DNA of 61,377 nt, counting the filler, from Hausera hauseri (taxonomy: Eukaryota): assembly GCA_046269625.1 (NCBI GenBank). It is 11 parts of 11 records of this genome, joined end to end, with 100 filler letters (N's around TTAATTAATTAA, not from the genome) between each part and the next. Parts side by side here need not be neighbours in the genome. Positions count along the whole stretch, not along the records: positions 1 to 5,200 come from JBJURY010309276.1; positions 5,301 to 9,399 come from JBJURY010763984.1; positions 9,500 to 15,449 come from JBJURY010164643.1; 8 more parts are not named here. One strand, given 5' to 3'. The notes beneath the pieces were generated by a model. It was not told the origin of the DNA, ran no database searches, and saw nothing but the letters and a program-made list of their open reading frames with translations. This document shows, in pieces, positions 1 to 13,276 of the stretch (positions within the stretch are counted from its first letter, which is position 1; each line of letters begins with the position of its first letter). Both the position numbers and the translations under genes were made by a program.

Positions 1-2700
1 CATAGCTGCCTAACTCATCCGTGGAGCCGTGAAGAAATGAGCCGGATCCTATGCATGGCTCTTTATTGTAACATCCCTAAAACTCTCAAAGACATCTGTT
101 AGCAGCGGCACGTCCGTCTTGAGGTATACGTCGCTGTATTCCCCTATTGTCCGGTATTTGAATGCCTGCCAGACGTTCTGAGCATGCTGGTAGTCAGCAT
201 CACTGATATCACAGTCCGATAGTTAGCTGTAGAAGGCATCCTTGGGTAGTATTGAGGTCTCCTCCAGTGTTTCCTATGAGGTTATGTAGTCATAGGGAAC
301 ACTCCTTTCCTCTTGACTAGGTAAAAGTTAGTGGGAAAGAACCAAAAGTTCTTCTGCAGGGAGGTTCTTCTCTAAACTGTTCAGTGATGAGCTCATGAAG
401 CGGAAGCTGTCTATGAATCGAAGCCTGATTTTCTCAACATGTTTGGTAAAGGTGATGTATTTCTTCTCACTGTTGGGGATCACATCAATATTACCAACAA
501 TGTTGCCTAATTCTCGGACTATGAAATGGAAATCATAGCCACTGAGATGGTGAAACACTACAGGCACATATGTACATGTTTTGTAGCGAAGACTGCAGTT
601 GTTGCATGCTGCGCCCCGATATGCACCTGTAAAATGGCAATGATCTCTGACTTTATGATTATTCTTGGTGAAGGGCTTGTCGCACAAGTAACATGTTGTT
701 GCCTTACGCCATTCATCTTTTTGCTGCTTCGACATGTTCATATTATCCTTATACTGCTGCTGCATATCTCCAATCCTATGAGCCATGTCTTCAAGTCGTT
801 TCATGAAATGTGCAGCTGAACCTGGACCTCTGAATAGAAAAGGTTCACTGTCCAGTCCTTTGGCATACATGCAATATGATGAGAGTTCATGATATTGGTA
901 TGCCGTTTTGCTGCTATGTTGAGGACTGAGAGTGCATGTCTGAACTGGCCTGAGAATAGCCTCAAAGTCGCAATAGATGATAATTGGGACCTTGAGCTTC
1001 TACTCGAACTCCTTGAATTCAATGTAATCCTCCTTGGGAAATTCTGGCCTGATACAGTAATTGTTGTTGCAGTGCATCTTGTGCTCTGCAAGCTTGTCCA
1101 CTGCTGCATCACCACTGAAATGGGAAAAGCATTGTTTGCATATTTCGATTCTTGTTGTGTGTTTTGCAATTTGGGATCTGACTAGACGCTCTAATTTCTT
1201 AATTCAAATATAATGTTTCTTTTCTCCATCGTCTAGTAGGAGCAGATCCCTATGATCTTCCAATTCAGCATCACATATCTGCAGGGGATAGAATTTGTCC
1301 TCATCATCCAATCCAATGATGTTGATAGATATATTGTTGATTCGGCTGAACTTCTTAATTTCATCTAAAAATGGAAGGAACTTAATACATTGGAAGTCAT
1401 AGTTGTGCTTCAGATCATTATATAGCCAAACTCGATCTGCAGAATGTTTTTAATTCCGTACGAGTTTGCATAAAATGACATACAGAAAACACATGTTGTC
1501 ATTATTATGGACATTGATGCATGCTTTTTATTAGCGATCCATTCAGGAAGCTGAATTTATAAACTATTCCGCATGGGAGAGTACTTGTGAACATACACAA
1601 GCAATCTCTTGATGGTTGCCAAAGTCCATCCGCTCTTCATATCCTGACTCTCCTCAGCTTCACGGATCAGCTTCGCATGCTCTTCATGTAGCCATTCTGC
1701 TATATTGGCGTTCTCCAATATGGGCCTATTTTCGGTCTTGAAGGCTCTATTGGATTCTTCGCCATCAACATTGATGTATGTGGCCTCCAGTTTCATATTA
1801 ACCTTAAGGGCCTTGAGCTCAGCTATGTTGTCCTGGAGAATTCATTCTGTTTCTTTTTTGTATATTCCAGGAACTCCTTGATGGTTTTTTGGTCAGTTGC
1901 ATCAATAACATATCTTCGGCATTTTCTCTTTAATGCTACCGCATCAACTGGCTGCTCTCTTTGACTTTTTGTTGGAGCCGGTGCATATGATGTGGCCGTG
2001 CCTGATGCTGCTGCGCATGATATTGCTGCGCCTAATGCTGATGCGTATGATGCGGTTGCGTGTTTCAATTCTCTAAGATGCTTCGCAGCTGTTACACCAA
2101 ATCCAGCAGTATAATGCGAGGCAGAATACTGCGAAGCATCATACTGCGAAGAAGATGCATCAATATTATGTTCATTATAGATGGCCTTCTTGGACTTTGA
2201 TGCGAAGTGAATCAAATGATGTTTGTGATCATAATAGAACTGTATGTAATCTGCACCGCATACAGTCTCGCATCCTGGACATGTATAATATTGGATATTT
2301 TGGATTTGTATCCATAATACCGCTGCATCGTTTCATGACACTTGCAGATTGTGCTTTTGGTGTGCAATAAGCATAGGAACCGCACATCAGATTTGCTTTT
2401 GAGCTCTTGTTGTCATTAGCATATTACTGTTGAATATTTCTTAGATTTTGTGAACGAATCCAGATGCTGTCATGCTGGTTGTAAAATTTGTCGTAACCAG
2501 TCCGGCACACTACCTCACATACAAGATATACATAGTATTGAGTCCTATTGTGCTGGTATCCAAAATAATTCTGCATCACACTGGCAATTCTGTTCCTCGT
2601 GTTTCTGCGCCATACAAAATTTGTGGAAGTTGCAAATCTAAACAAACCAATTATTTGAGGAGCACAAATAACAAAACTTACCATTCTTGGAAGTGAATTT
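1..2700 (-). pseudogene. Polinton/adintovirus protein-primed family B DNA polymerase, family A copy 1 (N-terminal half, disrupted)
   Basis: Multi-frame ORF pieces give SGWTL, KIKVPIIIYCDFEA (ExoI), CYLCDKPF..VRDHCHFTGAYRGAACNNC (EndoVII-like Zn insert), PVVFHHLSGYDFHFI (ExoII), [31 protein letters not shown] (ExoIII); many stops/frameshifts; continues off the left edge. Confidence 0.9.
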
Positions 2701-2744
2701 GGAAATAATGAAATATGTAGCCATGTCAACATGCACTGCTTAGT

Positions 2745-3053
2745 TTATAGATTTTTCGAACATTCTAGAACACTTTGTTTTAATGCATCATTTACATTAA
2801 CTTGTTTACATGATGCACTTGACTTGTTAATGTCATACATAGATGTACCAAAATTTGTTTTAATGCAACAAATACATAAATTTCTCCACGCCAAATTTAA
2901 AATTTCATCAAGTTTTTCATATATGGGAAATCTATAGAGCTCGTGAGGTTCTTCTAATAACGTACACTTTATCGATTTTTTGAGTTCGGATCGATAATTC
3001 TTCGATTTCGAATAATCTTTTCGATCATCTAACACAAGATTCAGATTCGCCAT
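2745..3053 (-). CDS. Small hypothetical ORF upstream of pPolB, derived from subterminal repeat unit
   Basis: 102-aa ORF from track; its N-terminal half recurs degenerately at ~3240-3390 and ~3520-3650. Confidence 0.3.
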   Translation of the reverse strand: MANLNLVLDDRKDYSKSKNYRSELKKSIKCTLLEEPHELYRFPIYEKLDEILNLAWRNLCICCIKTNFGTSMYDINKSSASCKQVNVNDALKQSVLECSKNL

Positions 3054-4545
3054 ATATGCTTTGCTATCCCTGTGCGCTTAAAGATTTAGCGATTTCAATA
3101 TGCTTCACCTTCAAATTTACCTCAATTGCTTAATTAATATCACAATTAATTAGCATTTATTAAGTACTTTTAACATATTAGGAAACCTTGTTTTTATACA
3201 CCGCAATGCACTGCACCGCATTAATATTAATTACCATATAGGTTTTCGACCACGAGGATTCGAATGCCTTCATCTGATTTTTCGAATAATGTATGCTTGA
3301 CCGAATATTCGAGTTCGAATCGATAATTCTTCAAGTTAGAATAATGTTTTTGATCATCTAATATCATATTTCAATTTGGCATACATGACTTCCTATCTAG
3401 TCCCGCTATTAGATTTATCGATTTCCGCTTCACTGTGCATTAAATGCACATTTTGCTTATATAGAAATATTGATTTTATGCCAATATAGTACATTTTCAT
3501 GGAATAATTTTTATGCACATAGAGGTTTTCATACACGATGAATCGATTCCCGCTGTTAAATTTTTCGAATAGTTCGAACTTCGATATTCAAGCCAAACAA
3601 TTTTCGAATTTCGAATTTTCGACTCGAGATTCGAGTTCGCCATACTCGATTTCCTATTTATCCGCGCTCAATGTTATATCAAATTTTGCTTCATTATCAC
3701 TTAAAAACATATCGAATATATGGCCATTTTGCATTTTCGATCGATATTAATCGATAACTAATCGATAAATTTAAATTCTAACTGCACAGTCATATACCAC
3801 ACCATGTGTCCTTTCGAATGCACACGGTCACATGTCGTAATCATCAATATTGGAAATATCGGAAATTCGATATTATTGATTTTTGCACACTTGCACACGT
3901 TTTTGCACTGCACACCACATATCAAGGTGCATCTCGATGTGCTCTATCCACCTGCACTTGACCCCGATCAATTCCATCAATCCTACGCTGCACAATTGTA
4001 AAAGTGTGAAAAGTGCTCCTGCACACCGATCAATAAACACACCAATCTCGATTAGTGCACTATTCGATACTACATCAAGTACTGCACACGCCAGTATATG
4101 TTTCATATTCGTATCATTGATTTAAAAATTATAGCGGAAAGGCCTGTGGCAGTTCGGTCCCACTTGCAAATTATTCGAAAACCAATCAATCGATTTAAAT
4201 TCTAACTGCACATTTACATACAACATCGTGTGCTCTACCGATTGCACTTAGTCCCGAGTGCTAATCATCACTTTTTGAAATATTGGAAATCCAATATTTT
4301 TGATTTTTGCACACTAGCACATGTGCCTCACACTTGCACTTGCACCAATCGATGTACACTGATGTGCACTATCGATTAAAACTTTGTCCCCACCGATTTG
4401 ATCAGTAGTGCAATGTGCAGCAATCTATTTATGAAAATACAAAAGTGCCCTTAGCAACAGTTCCCAGCAGCACCGTTGCCAGGCACTTTTTTGATCAATA
4501 GTGCACGCTGTGCACTATCGAACGGCACATATGGAAAATCGATTT
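2940..4545. repeat. Diverged direct repeats in Polinton subterminal/TIR region
   Basis: ~330-nt unit (gagttcg.atcgataattcttc...gatcatcta) near 2982 and 3311 plus a weaker third copy; ~425-nt unit (atttaaattctaactgcaca...gatttttgcacact) near 3769 and 4193; strong excess of TCGA and TGCA palindromes. Confidence 0.7.
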
Positions 4546-4594
4546 ATCGATTACCCCCCCTCGGGTAGGTCAGAACCGCCATTTTCACACTACT

Positions 4595-5200
4595 AAGTCG
4601 ACATAAGTTGCCAGTCAGGCTAATCGTCTCATGTATATCGTGTATGTACATTCGGAACGAGAAATTGTTGGAAGAACTTCTTTTGTCGTACATCGCCATA
4701 AAACAAAACGAGAATGGCATCCCTAGGGAAAAATGTTTAGGAATATGCAATTAGGGTGCCACTGCAATATCAGGAATAAACAGTGGAGTCATTGCCACAA
4801 TGAAAGAAATTGCATCAGATATTGTTTGGATTTAGTGCGGCATCCATCGAGAAGCGTTAGGAACAAAGGAAATTCCCCCAGGCTTCAAGACTGTCTTAGA
4901 CACAGCAGTCAAAATTGTTATTTACATTAAATCTCGTCTGTTTCATTCAGACTATTTCATATTATTTGCCAGGAAATTGGAAGCACTCACTTACAATTAC
5001 TCTTGAACACTGAAGTAAGATGGCTATCCAGAGGAAAGGTTCTTACCCGACTTCTTGAGTTACGGGAAGGGGTTCAAATTTTTTTCACCGGCCATCCATT
5101 TCAACACATCGCATCCTTGGATGATTCAGCATGGATTTCTCTGCTTGCTTACCTGGCAGATATTTGTTCAAGTCTGAATGATCTCAACAAATGGCTACAG
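4595..5200 (+). pseudogene. hAT (Buster/SCAND3/ZBED8-like) transposase fragment
   Basis: HREAL motif (~4842), LLLNTEVRWLSRGKVLTRLLELR, LAYLADICSSLNDLNKWLQ; truncated by the spacer. Confidence 0.9.
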
Positions 5201-5300
5201 NNNNNNNNNNNNNNNNNNNNNNNNNNNNNNNNNNNNNNNNNNNNTTAATTAATTAANNNNNNNNNNNNNNNNNNNNNNNNNNNNNNNNNNNNNNNNNNNN
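5201..5300. other. Artificial contig spacer N44-TTAATTAATTAA-N44
   Basis: Same 100-nt spacer also at 9400-9499, 15450-15549, 20248-20347, 24557-24656, 28842-28941, 35875-35974, 40084-40183, 52224-52323, 56414-56513; TTAATTAATTAA gives stops in all six frames. Confidence 0.97.
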
Positions 5301-6079
5301 TTTATTTGTGGCAATTATTGATTTCTTGTTATCCGTTAATGCCATGGATTTTCGGAATTCGGCCACTTTTAATTATGGCAATTATTTTAATTTCGATCCG
5401 ATTCGATTGCCATGAGTTCGGCTCATCTGTTACAAAAATCCAGCCGCAATTTCAGGACGTTAGTGTCTCTAACATTGTGGAGATTCAGATAATTTGAAAT
5501 ACTCTCGGTAATTATCCGAATAATAATAGTAGGTTTTGTGCTAATAGTGGGAGTCAAGATAATTATCGTCGATAGATCTAGGTTTTATATTTTAACCTTA
5601 ATTGAAATATTAGAAATCATTTGAACTTTAATATTTCAATCAATATACTATTTGGCGTTGTATCATTTGTTTATTTATTCTAGGCAGAGAAATAGAAATA
5701 TTTCCTCGATATAAGTATCGATCTTAATTTATATAATATGCATCAGGATTTATGTCAGGATTTTGAGATATGTAAATGACAAGAAAAGTGAGTTTTATTA
5801 GTTGTTCCTTATCGAGTAGTGAAATCCTAATAACAAAAATATATAATGTAGTTTTTCTGGACGTCCTTATTTTGGTTCACACGAAAACATTTGGTAGTTC
5901 ATCGTTGATTATAAATTTTACACTATAATAATTGGAATATGGAGAGTCAACTTTGTTGAAAATTGTGAGACTGTTGATAATGTTCAGTTTTTGTTTAAAT
6001 ACGTGATGTGACGCGTGCGCCGAATTTTTCAAAATAGAGTTTCTTGTGTAAATAGTTATTTCCTTACAAGCTATCACGG

Positions 6080-7810
6080 CCATTATGCACTTCAAGTTTT
6101 CGGACTTGATTTCTCGATATGAACGATCTACCGATCTTTTTCAGTGGATTCAGAAAGTGGAAATTGTATGTCAATTGAAGGGATTTGCCGACGGTCACGG
6201 TTTTATTTCGCTATTTCTTAGTGGCGGGACACTCTCAGTCTGTCGGATGCTGCCGAAGAAAGTAAGAACAATTATGACAAACTGAAGATGGAAATGATGG
6301 CAGCGTTTACGTTGTCTCCTACCCAGGCCTATAGACAACTTATTCAAAGGACATAGTATGAGGGGGAAAATGTGAATATCTACTTGTCGGACCTCTGCCG
6401 TTTATCAGCAATCATAACCGGTAATTCGGGCAATGAAGAGTTCGTCAAGGCCGCTTTTGTTTGCGGACTTCCAAAAACATTGAAATGATCATAAATTAGG
6501 ACCGTATATCAGATAAGAATATCAATGACTTATTGGAATTAATCAAATCTTTTTAGAGGCCAATAGCGAAACATGTTCAGTGAAGCGGAATATGCGAAGT
6601 CCAAAACAGTGGAAGGAAGACCCTGAGAAGATTAGAAAACGCTTATGCTTTCAGTGTGGAAAAATGGTCATTGGCGAAGAAATTGCCCTGAACGGAATAA
6701 GCAAAACGACATCGGGAAATATCACTGAGTAGCAGCGTTAGTGAATGTTTCCCACGCAATAATTCGTCTCAACTGGCAATATTTTATTGTACAATCAATT
6801 CTTTTAGAACCCAAGCTCTGACTGACACGAGTAGCTCTGTACATTTATTGTCGAAAAATCTATCGGAAACAGAGACTGTTACTTAGACCCGAAAAACGTG
6901 ATTGTTATGAGTGGAGAGATACTGAACTGTACTAGAGCGTGTAATTGCGAAGTTACTGTAGGAGATGTGAAGGTTAGAGTTTCCTCCTCAATAGTTAAAT
7001 GTTAGAAATGAATTTTGTGACCGTTGTTGGTAGCCTGAGTATCAAATCGACAGAAGTACTGTTGAGTAGTTTCCGTTAAAAATACTTTTGCTATTGATAT
7101 GACTGATAGAATTATTATAGAAGATGTAAATTTTACAGCTACATTTAGGCGTGGCTCGTGGATCGTTAAATGGAATTGGAATACGAAAGATGAACTCTAT
7201 GTACACATAACCGTAGACAATTTCACTATCCCTAAGAAGCCCATGCTTGATTTTGAAAAAGAAATGTAAATGTAGATCGATAAAGGTTGGTTATTTCCTT
7301 ATAGCGAGGAATGTAGGGCATTTTACCGTTAATGGCGGTGATGCAAGAAAATAATAACAAAGTCCGGCAGGTGCTGGATTATAAGAAATTAAATGAGTTT
7401 GTTTCGTCGCATACTGGGGAAAGTGTAGCCTGAAATAAAGCATTACGTAAATGGAGAAAGATGGACAACAACGTTCAGATCCTAGAGATGCTTATTTACA
7501 AACTCATGAGACAGTCCAATGAGGAAATATCAAGTTGTCCAGTTCAAGAGAAAGAGATATTGTTTAACGCGTTTGGGGTTCGGACTTAGGAAAAAGGATC
7601 ATGGGAAAAATTGCTAACAGAATTTTTATGACTGATTCGAATATGGCTGAAGAACAGACTCTTATATTGATGATATTTCGGTAAATGAAGATGTAATCAC
7701 AGTGACGACAGTAAAGGACAGATAGGGAAGATTCGGACTTGAGTGCAAGATGTCAACCTAGCTGTGCAATAGCAGGGTTCTTGGATCGCGACTTGTTCAT
7801 CAAAGTAATA
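6080..7810 (+). pseudogene. Degraded Ty3/Gypsy gag-protease-RT
   Basis: gag-like DLFQWIQKVEIVCQLK, CCHC knuckle remnant (~6646-6690), protease ALTDTSSSVTF (~6815), RT VLDYKKLNEFV, RYCLTRLGFGL, SYIDDI (~7660). Confidence 0.8.
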
Positions 7811-7812
7811 TA

Positions 7813-9399
7813 CAGTAAAACTTGTCCATTGCGACCACTGTTGGGACCCTGTGTAACTGGTCGTAATATGCAGATGATTGGATTAGGTGACCTTAACATT
7901 TAACACCAAATTAAAATACAATTAAGAATTTACTGCTTAAACAGTTACAACTTTTGCACGAAAGTATCTAATGTCAACTTCTTACCATGCATTCTTAATT
8001 CCAAGGCATGACGTTGCACTTATTCCTCTGTTTTTTCAGATGTGGCAAATCAGCGGGACATTTACTCAAAAAATAGAATCGCAACTGGTATATTCACTTC
8101 TGTGCTTCCCAGAAAGAGCTGATCAGCTGCGGCTCTTCATCGGACTCACCTTCAGATGCAGTTGTTTGGTCCTCAATCATTTCAGTTCGCTCCTCGTCTG
8201 TATTCTCGCCAGCCTGCATTTAAGTAGCCAAATCATTGTCGACATTGAGGAATTCCTCAACACACATAAGTGATGATGTTAGGAGATGGCGGACACTGGA
8301 TGACAAATCAATAAGTGCTGAATATCAGCCACGTAGTCTATATCTGTGGAGCTCGATGGAGGTGCTCAGACCACAGAAAATCCGCAGTGAGCAAAGCTTC
8401 GCGTCACTGTTTCAGGCTTAATCTCGCGAACAGCTCTGGCGATCCAGTTAACTGCATCCAGAACCGTGACCGAATTCTTCAATTCCTCACCAGGTTTAGG
8501 TGCATCTTCTGACATTGCATAAACATGCGAGCTTAATGTACAAAGGAAAAGTTTACGTTAAGTTGTTTTACGGCTTGAATAATTCCTTGATCAAGCAGCT
8601 GACAGGCTGCAGTTGTATTCGGTGGCAAAAAGAATGTTTTTGTGTTCGTCAGTCGTACATCATGTTTGTGCGATGGGCATGATCCATGAAGAGAAGCACC
8701 TGTAGTTTCTTATTACGCATTTTTCGGTCAAATACTTTGAGTCACTCAGAGAATAATGTGCTAGTCACCCACGCCGTGCGATTGTATTCCCACGTCACTT
8801 GATGGTGGTCTACATCAATGCGTTTAAAGCAGCGTGGACATTTCTGCTTACCAATAACGAGTGGCGTAAGAAATTCTTCTGACATGCTGCAGTAAAGAGC
8901 TACAGTAATGCACCTTTACGCTGCTCGCCTTTGATTATTAGTGTTTTACTGGGAAGAACGCGAAAGAAGACATCAGTCACATCCATGTTAAAAATGTTGG
9001 ATGCATCATACTATGCCACTAACTCTGGAATTCTTTGAAATCAATCGTTCACTACGACGTTATCCACACTGACTCCCTCCCCACAAATGATTTTGCACGT
9101 TATATTGTGCCGATTTTTAAAGCTCTGCAGCCTGCCATTAGAGGCTTTAAAGGTAGAACAATGAAGTTCTTTAGCATATGATAAAACCTTTTCTTGCATC
9201 ATTGAACGAGATACAGGCATGTTTAGCAATAATATGTTCTGAAACCACTTCCAAGTCTTCGTATTCACAGCATCATATTGTCCACATTCGCTAATGCGCT
9301 TACAAGTTAAGCTGCAGTTGTTTTCAAAATCGCCCAAAAAAGGGCGCTTCCGCTACTGTGAGTTGCAGAATCAAACTGCTGAGCAAGCTACCTTTGACT
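7813..9399 (-). mobile_element. Tigger/pogo DNA transposon remnant (CENP-B HTH + DDE_1 transposase pseudogene)
   Basis: FKASNGRLQSFKNRHNI (HTH-CENPB), NIFNMDVT..F.R.LPSKTL, PLVIGK.KCPRCFK, AWVT, LLFMD; end TA|CAGTAAAACTTGTCCATTGCGACCAC at 7811-7838 resembles a pogo TIR; interrupts the Gypsy RT. Confidence 0.85.
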
Positions 9400-9499
9400 N
9401 NNNNNNNNNNNNNNNNNNNNNNNNNNNNNNNNNNNNNNNNNNNTTAATTAATTAANNNNNNNNNNNNNNNNNNNNNNNNNNNNNNNNNNNNNNNNNNNN

Positions 9500-11350
9500 A
9501 AACAAATACCGAAGCCATCCACAGTGACTGGACTTCGCAGTTTCCTTGGCACGATCAACTTCTGCCATCGCTACATTCCGCATTGCTCGGAAATCCTGTC
9601 ACCTCTGTCTGCTCTAAGCCAAGGACCCAAGAAATCCCAGGCAAACTGGACAGATGAGGTTGAACAGGCATTTGCCAATGCAAAAATGGCGCTTCTCCAC
9701 CTACCTACACTACACTATGAGAAACGAGATGTACCGTTTATCTTAACAACAGATGCATCCACAATCGCTGCAGGCGCCATGCTTGCACAATCAATCGATA
9801 GCAAAAATGCTCTCATTGAATTCTTTTCTTACAAAATCAATTCGGCTGAGTAACGCTATTCAACCTTTGACCGAGAATTACTAGCCATAATCCTCAGCGT
9901 CAAACACATTAGACATTTCCTCGATGGAAATGTGTTCACAATCCGCACGGATCACAAACCGCTCATTCACATAATGAGTATGAAGAACCCATCTCCTCTT
10001 CAAGAGCGGCACATTTTATTTCTTTCAGAATTTTCATTCCAGATAGACAACATAACTGGAAAAAATAACACAGTTGCTAACTTCCTTTCCAGAACTGGGT
10101 TATCAACAATATTCTTTGACCCAATTTTCACGAAAGAGGTTCTCCGATCGAACCCTCTATATAAAGACGATGTTACGTTCTTCAAAACAGTCGACACAAA
10201 GGATAGAATACATTACAATACCATCCTCAATGGTTGTCCACGTCCAATTCTGGCAACAAACCTACGGAAACAGGCGTTTGACACCATTCACAACATCCAT
10301 CACCCTGGATCAAAAGCCTTAGCTCGGTTATTGAGCAGTAGAATTTGTTGGCCTCGCATGCTCAGCGACATAAAGCGGTGGACAAAAGAATGTTCACTTT
10401 GACAACAGTACAAAGTTAACAAGACTATACAACCCCATATAATACACTATTCTACTGGCTTACAGTTTGAAACCATCCACATGGACATAGTAGGACCACT
10501 TCCCGAATGCAACGCATATCAATACGTCCTAATCATTCTCGACCGAAAAACAAGATGGCCCGAAGCCATTCCAATCCGCCAAATAACAACGCATAGCGTT
10601 GTGGCTATATTGCTAAATACGTGGATTTTTTGGTTTCGAGTGCCCAAAAACATTATAACAGATCAAGGTACCCAATTCGAGTCAGCCATGTTTAATTAAT
10701 TGACAAAATCGCTTTGTTTTAAGCACATACATACATCATCCTACCATACGCAGGCAAATGGCTTGATTGAACGATTTCATCGTACACTCAAATCATCTCT
10801 AAGAATCCTATGCCACGAAAACAAGAATTGGCTCGATGCATTACCCATCGTGCTATTAGAATGGAGAAACACTCCGAACACTAGCACTGGCGCCTCTCCG
10901 GCACAACAATTATTTGGTGCTTACCTTACATTCCCACAAGATCTGGTATGCAACAAGGAAGTAACTTCAATCCATGCTCTCAATCAAGCCCCGAAGCATT
11001 TCCTGTCAATAGACACGAACCCTGCATTCCACAATAATTACAAGAAACCCGTTATACCAAAGAACCTACAAGATGCATTCTCTGTCTGGCTCAAAAGCCA
11101 AAAAAGTCACGGTTTTGAACTGTATTATACTGGCCTGTACAAGCTTATAGAAATCACTGTGCACAACACCAAAATACTGCGCGACAATGAGGAACATATA
11201 GTCCACCTGACGAATGTAAAACCCGCATTCGGCTATCATGATTCCGATACGGAAGATCCTATAGAACAAAACATACCAAGCATGTCAGAAGTAGACAAGC
11301 TTCAAAAAACTACGACAGAATTGATCCATTCAATATGGACACTCCAGTAG
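9500..11350 (+). pseudogene. Ty3/Gypsy pol: RT connection, RNase H, integrase
   Basis: LRSFLGTINFCHRYIP, LTTDAS, FDRELLAI, TDHKPL, HNIHHPG..C..., HMDIVGPLP, TDQGTQFES, YHTQANGLIERFHRTLK; a few in-frame stops. Confidence 0.93.
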
Positions 11351-13276
11351 CCTATGACCCAACCCTATGAAACAAATATTATTCCAACGCCCAGACTTCC
11401 GGAATCGGAACATACAACTATACGCAACCAAACCCCTGTTGCACCGTTATCGAGTCGCACCAGGACTGCATCAAAAATACTTAGACTTCATTAAAACCCT
11501 ACAGGCTGAACAGAAAGAGTACCCGATTGCATGCAGCATGCACGTCGCATCAAAGCAGGTGCGGATTAAACCCACAGTGTCGAATCGACACTCGCTCATA
11601 CCGTTTTAATAAGCGACGAACACGCCACATACAACCATGCGAAGCATTGGAAGCTCGCTGAGAAGCCGAACAATTTTCGATTTGACACGGTTAAAACCGT
11701 TGTCCCACTACGAATTTGCATTGTGCACAACTCCTTTGCAATGCCATTTCGTCGCCAAGCGCTTAACACAAAACCTATCGACACGGCCCACCTTAATACT
11801 ACTCACTCAAATGCCTGGTTGCACGCAGCGTAAACGCTGCATCAAAACAGGTGGGGATCGAACCCACATTACCGATACTGGCACTCACTCTCGCCGTTTT
11901 TCATGGGCGGCGATTGCGCTTCATGCAACCATGCAAAGTGCAGATTAACTTGACTCAAGTGCCAAATCAACAAACAATATAGCACTACCAAAAAACGTGT
12001 TTCCCATGCATAGTCGAGAGCACAAAATGCCGTCTACCATGACGCATCAAACAAACTCGCCATATAATCCATCAAACATCGGTTTGAATCTATCACGGTT
12101 AGCGAGTCATTCCACAACCGTTGTCTCATTACAGAACTTGCAAAACTCAGGTAATTGTTAAGAAAAAAACCCAGATTGACAGAAAAATCGATTTCTTCTT
12201 ACTATTAATTCCTAATCGACATAAACAATCAAAAATCCGTTTAAAGAACCGTTGTGGAAATATATCGATTTAATTGAAAATTATATAATTTACTTCTTGA
12301 AATATCCTCCATTTATTTAACTAACATAATTAAATTTATTCTCAAAATTGTAAAAAACAAATCAATCAAATAAGTGATACAAAGCACCATTTATAACATA
12401 AAATTATGCTTTATATAACTTTCTAACATCATCTCATAATTTTGTAAATTTTCAAATCTACAATAAAAAGAAAAATCAAATCAATGACATCATCACAAAG
12501 CACCGCAAAACTACCGCAAATTGTCGTTATTTTCAAAAAACCACCGAAATAAGACAAAACTTCGGATAACAAAACAATTCCAAAATTTAAATTTTCGTTT
12601 TTCCAATAAAATCGGTTAAAATTATTTTTTTCAATTAATGGAGCAAAAAATTAAAATTCTTTAATTGCATGGGTATTTATGAGGTCACGTTTAATTTACC
12701 TCAATTATACAAATGAAACATTATATATTTAGCAAATTGTCACACACGCACAAAAATAGCAGCACTTGGTGAGTCACCGTATTCAACTAGCAGACTAAAA
12801 TATTCTTAGCAATGTGAATTAACCAATAGTAAAAGAGAACAAAGACAATGAATTTTCGTTTCATTTTTTGAGGAAATTTTAGATTTAGTGTTTTCTTGAT
12901 ATTGTGACAAAAAGTAAAAGATTTCGTTTATAGTCCGAGGAATTAAACAAATACATTTCAGACCGACAGAACATAAATCAAATATTAAAAAAAAAAAAAC
13001 ATTAGCTGCAATTGTGACAAAGTTCAAAATTTCTGCATTCAAAATAAAATTAAATCGCAGCGAATTAAAGCCACAACAAATTCCATTCAAACCTTATCTC
13101 CGCTGCAATACTTTTTCTATTTGACATTCGATAAACCTAAAGATCCAAAATATATCTTGCGGATCAATGTTCAGCCGTGTCATATTCAACATGTTTTTCT
13201 GACAAAATTTTTGTTGAAATAAAATTACACATACACGCACACATGACTAATTTTAAAATTGATATATAATACTTAC

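Larger units (their letters stand above)
1..4594 (-). mobile_element. Polinton/Maverick family A, terminal part ending in ...ACTACT (5'-AGTAGT on minus)
   Basis: pPolB plus long repeat-rich subterminal region; homology with 56514-59381 ends at ACTACT 4589-4594; hAT transposase sequence resumes immediately after. Confidence 0.8.

Noticed and set aside
526-1185. Plus-strand ORFs over pPolB (and similar antisense ORFs over other pol/env/capsid genes)
   Set aside because: Shadow frames of the real opposite-strand genes
5245-5256. Recurring TTAATTAATTAA as a biological repeat or CRISPR-like array
   Set aside because: Always centred in exactly 44+44 Ns; artificial six-frame-stop spacer
5428-5835. 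TGTTA...TAACA unit as LTR of the Gypsy at 6080-7810
   Set aside because: No PBS after it and no second copy in the window
11367-11948. ORFs downstream of the Gypsy integrase as env
   Set aside because: No signal peptide, TM helix or conserved Cys pattern
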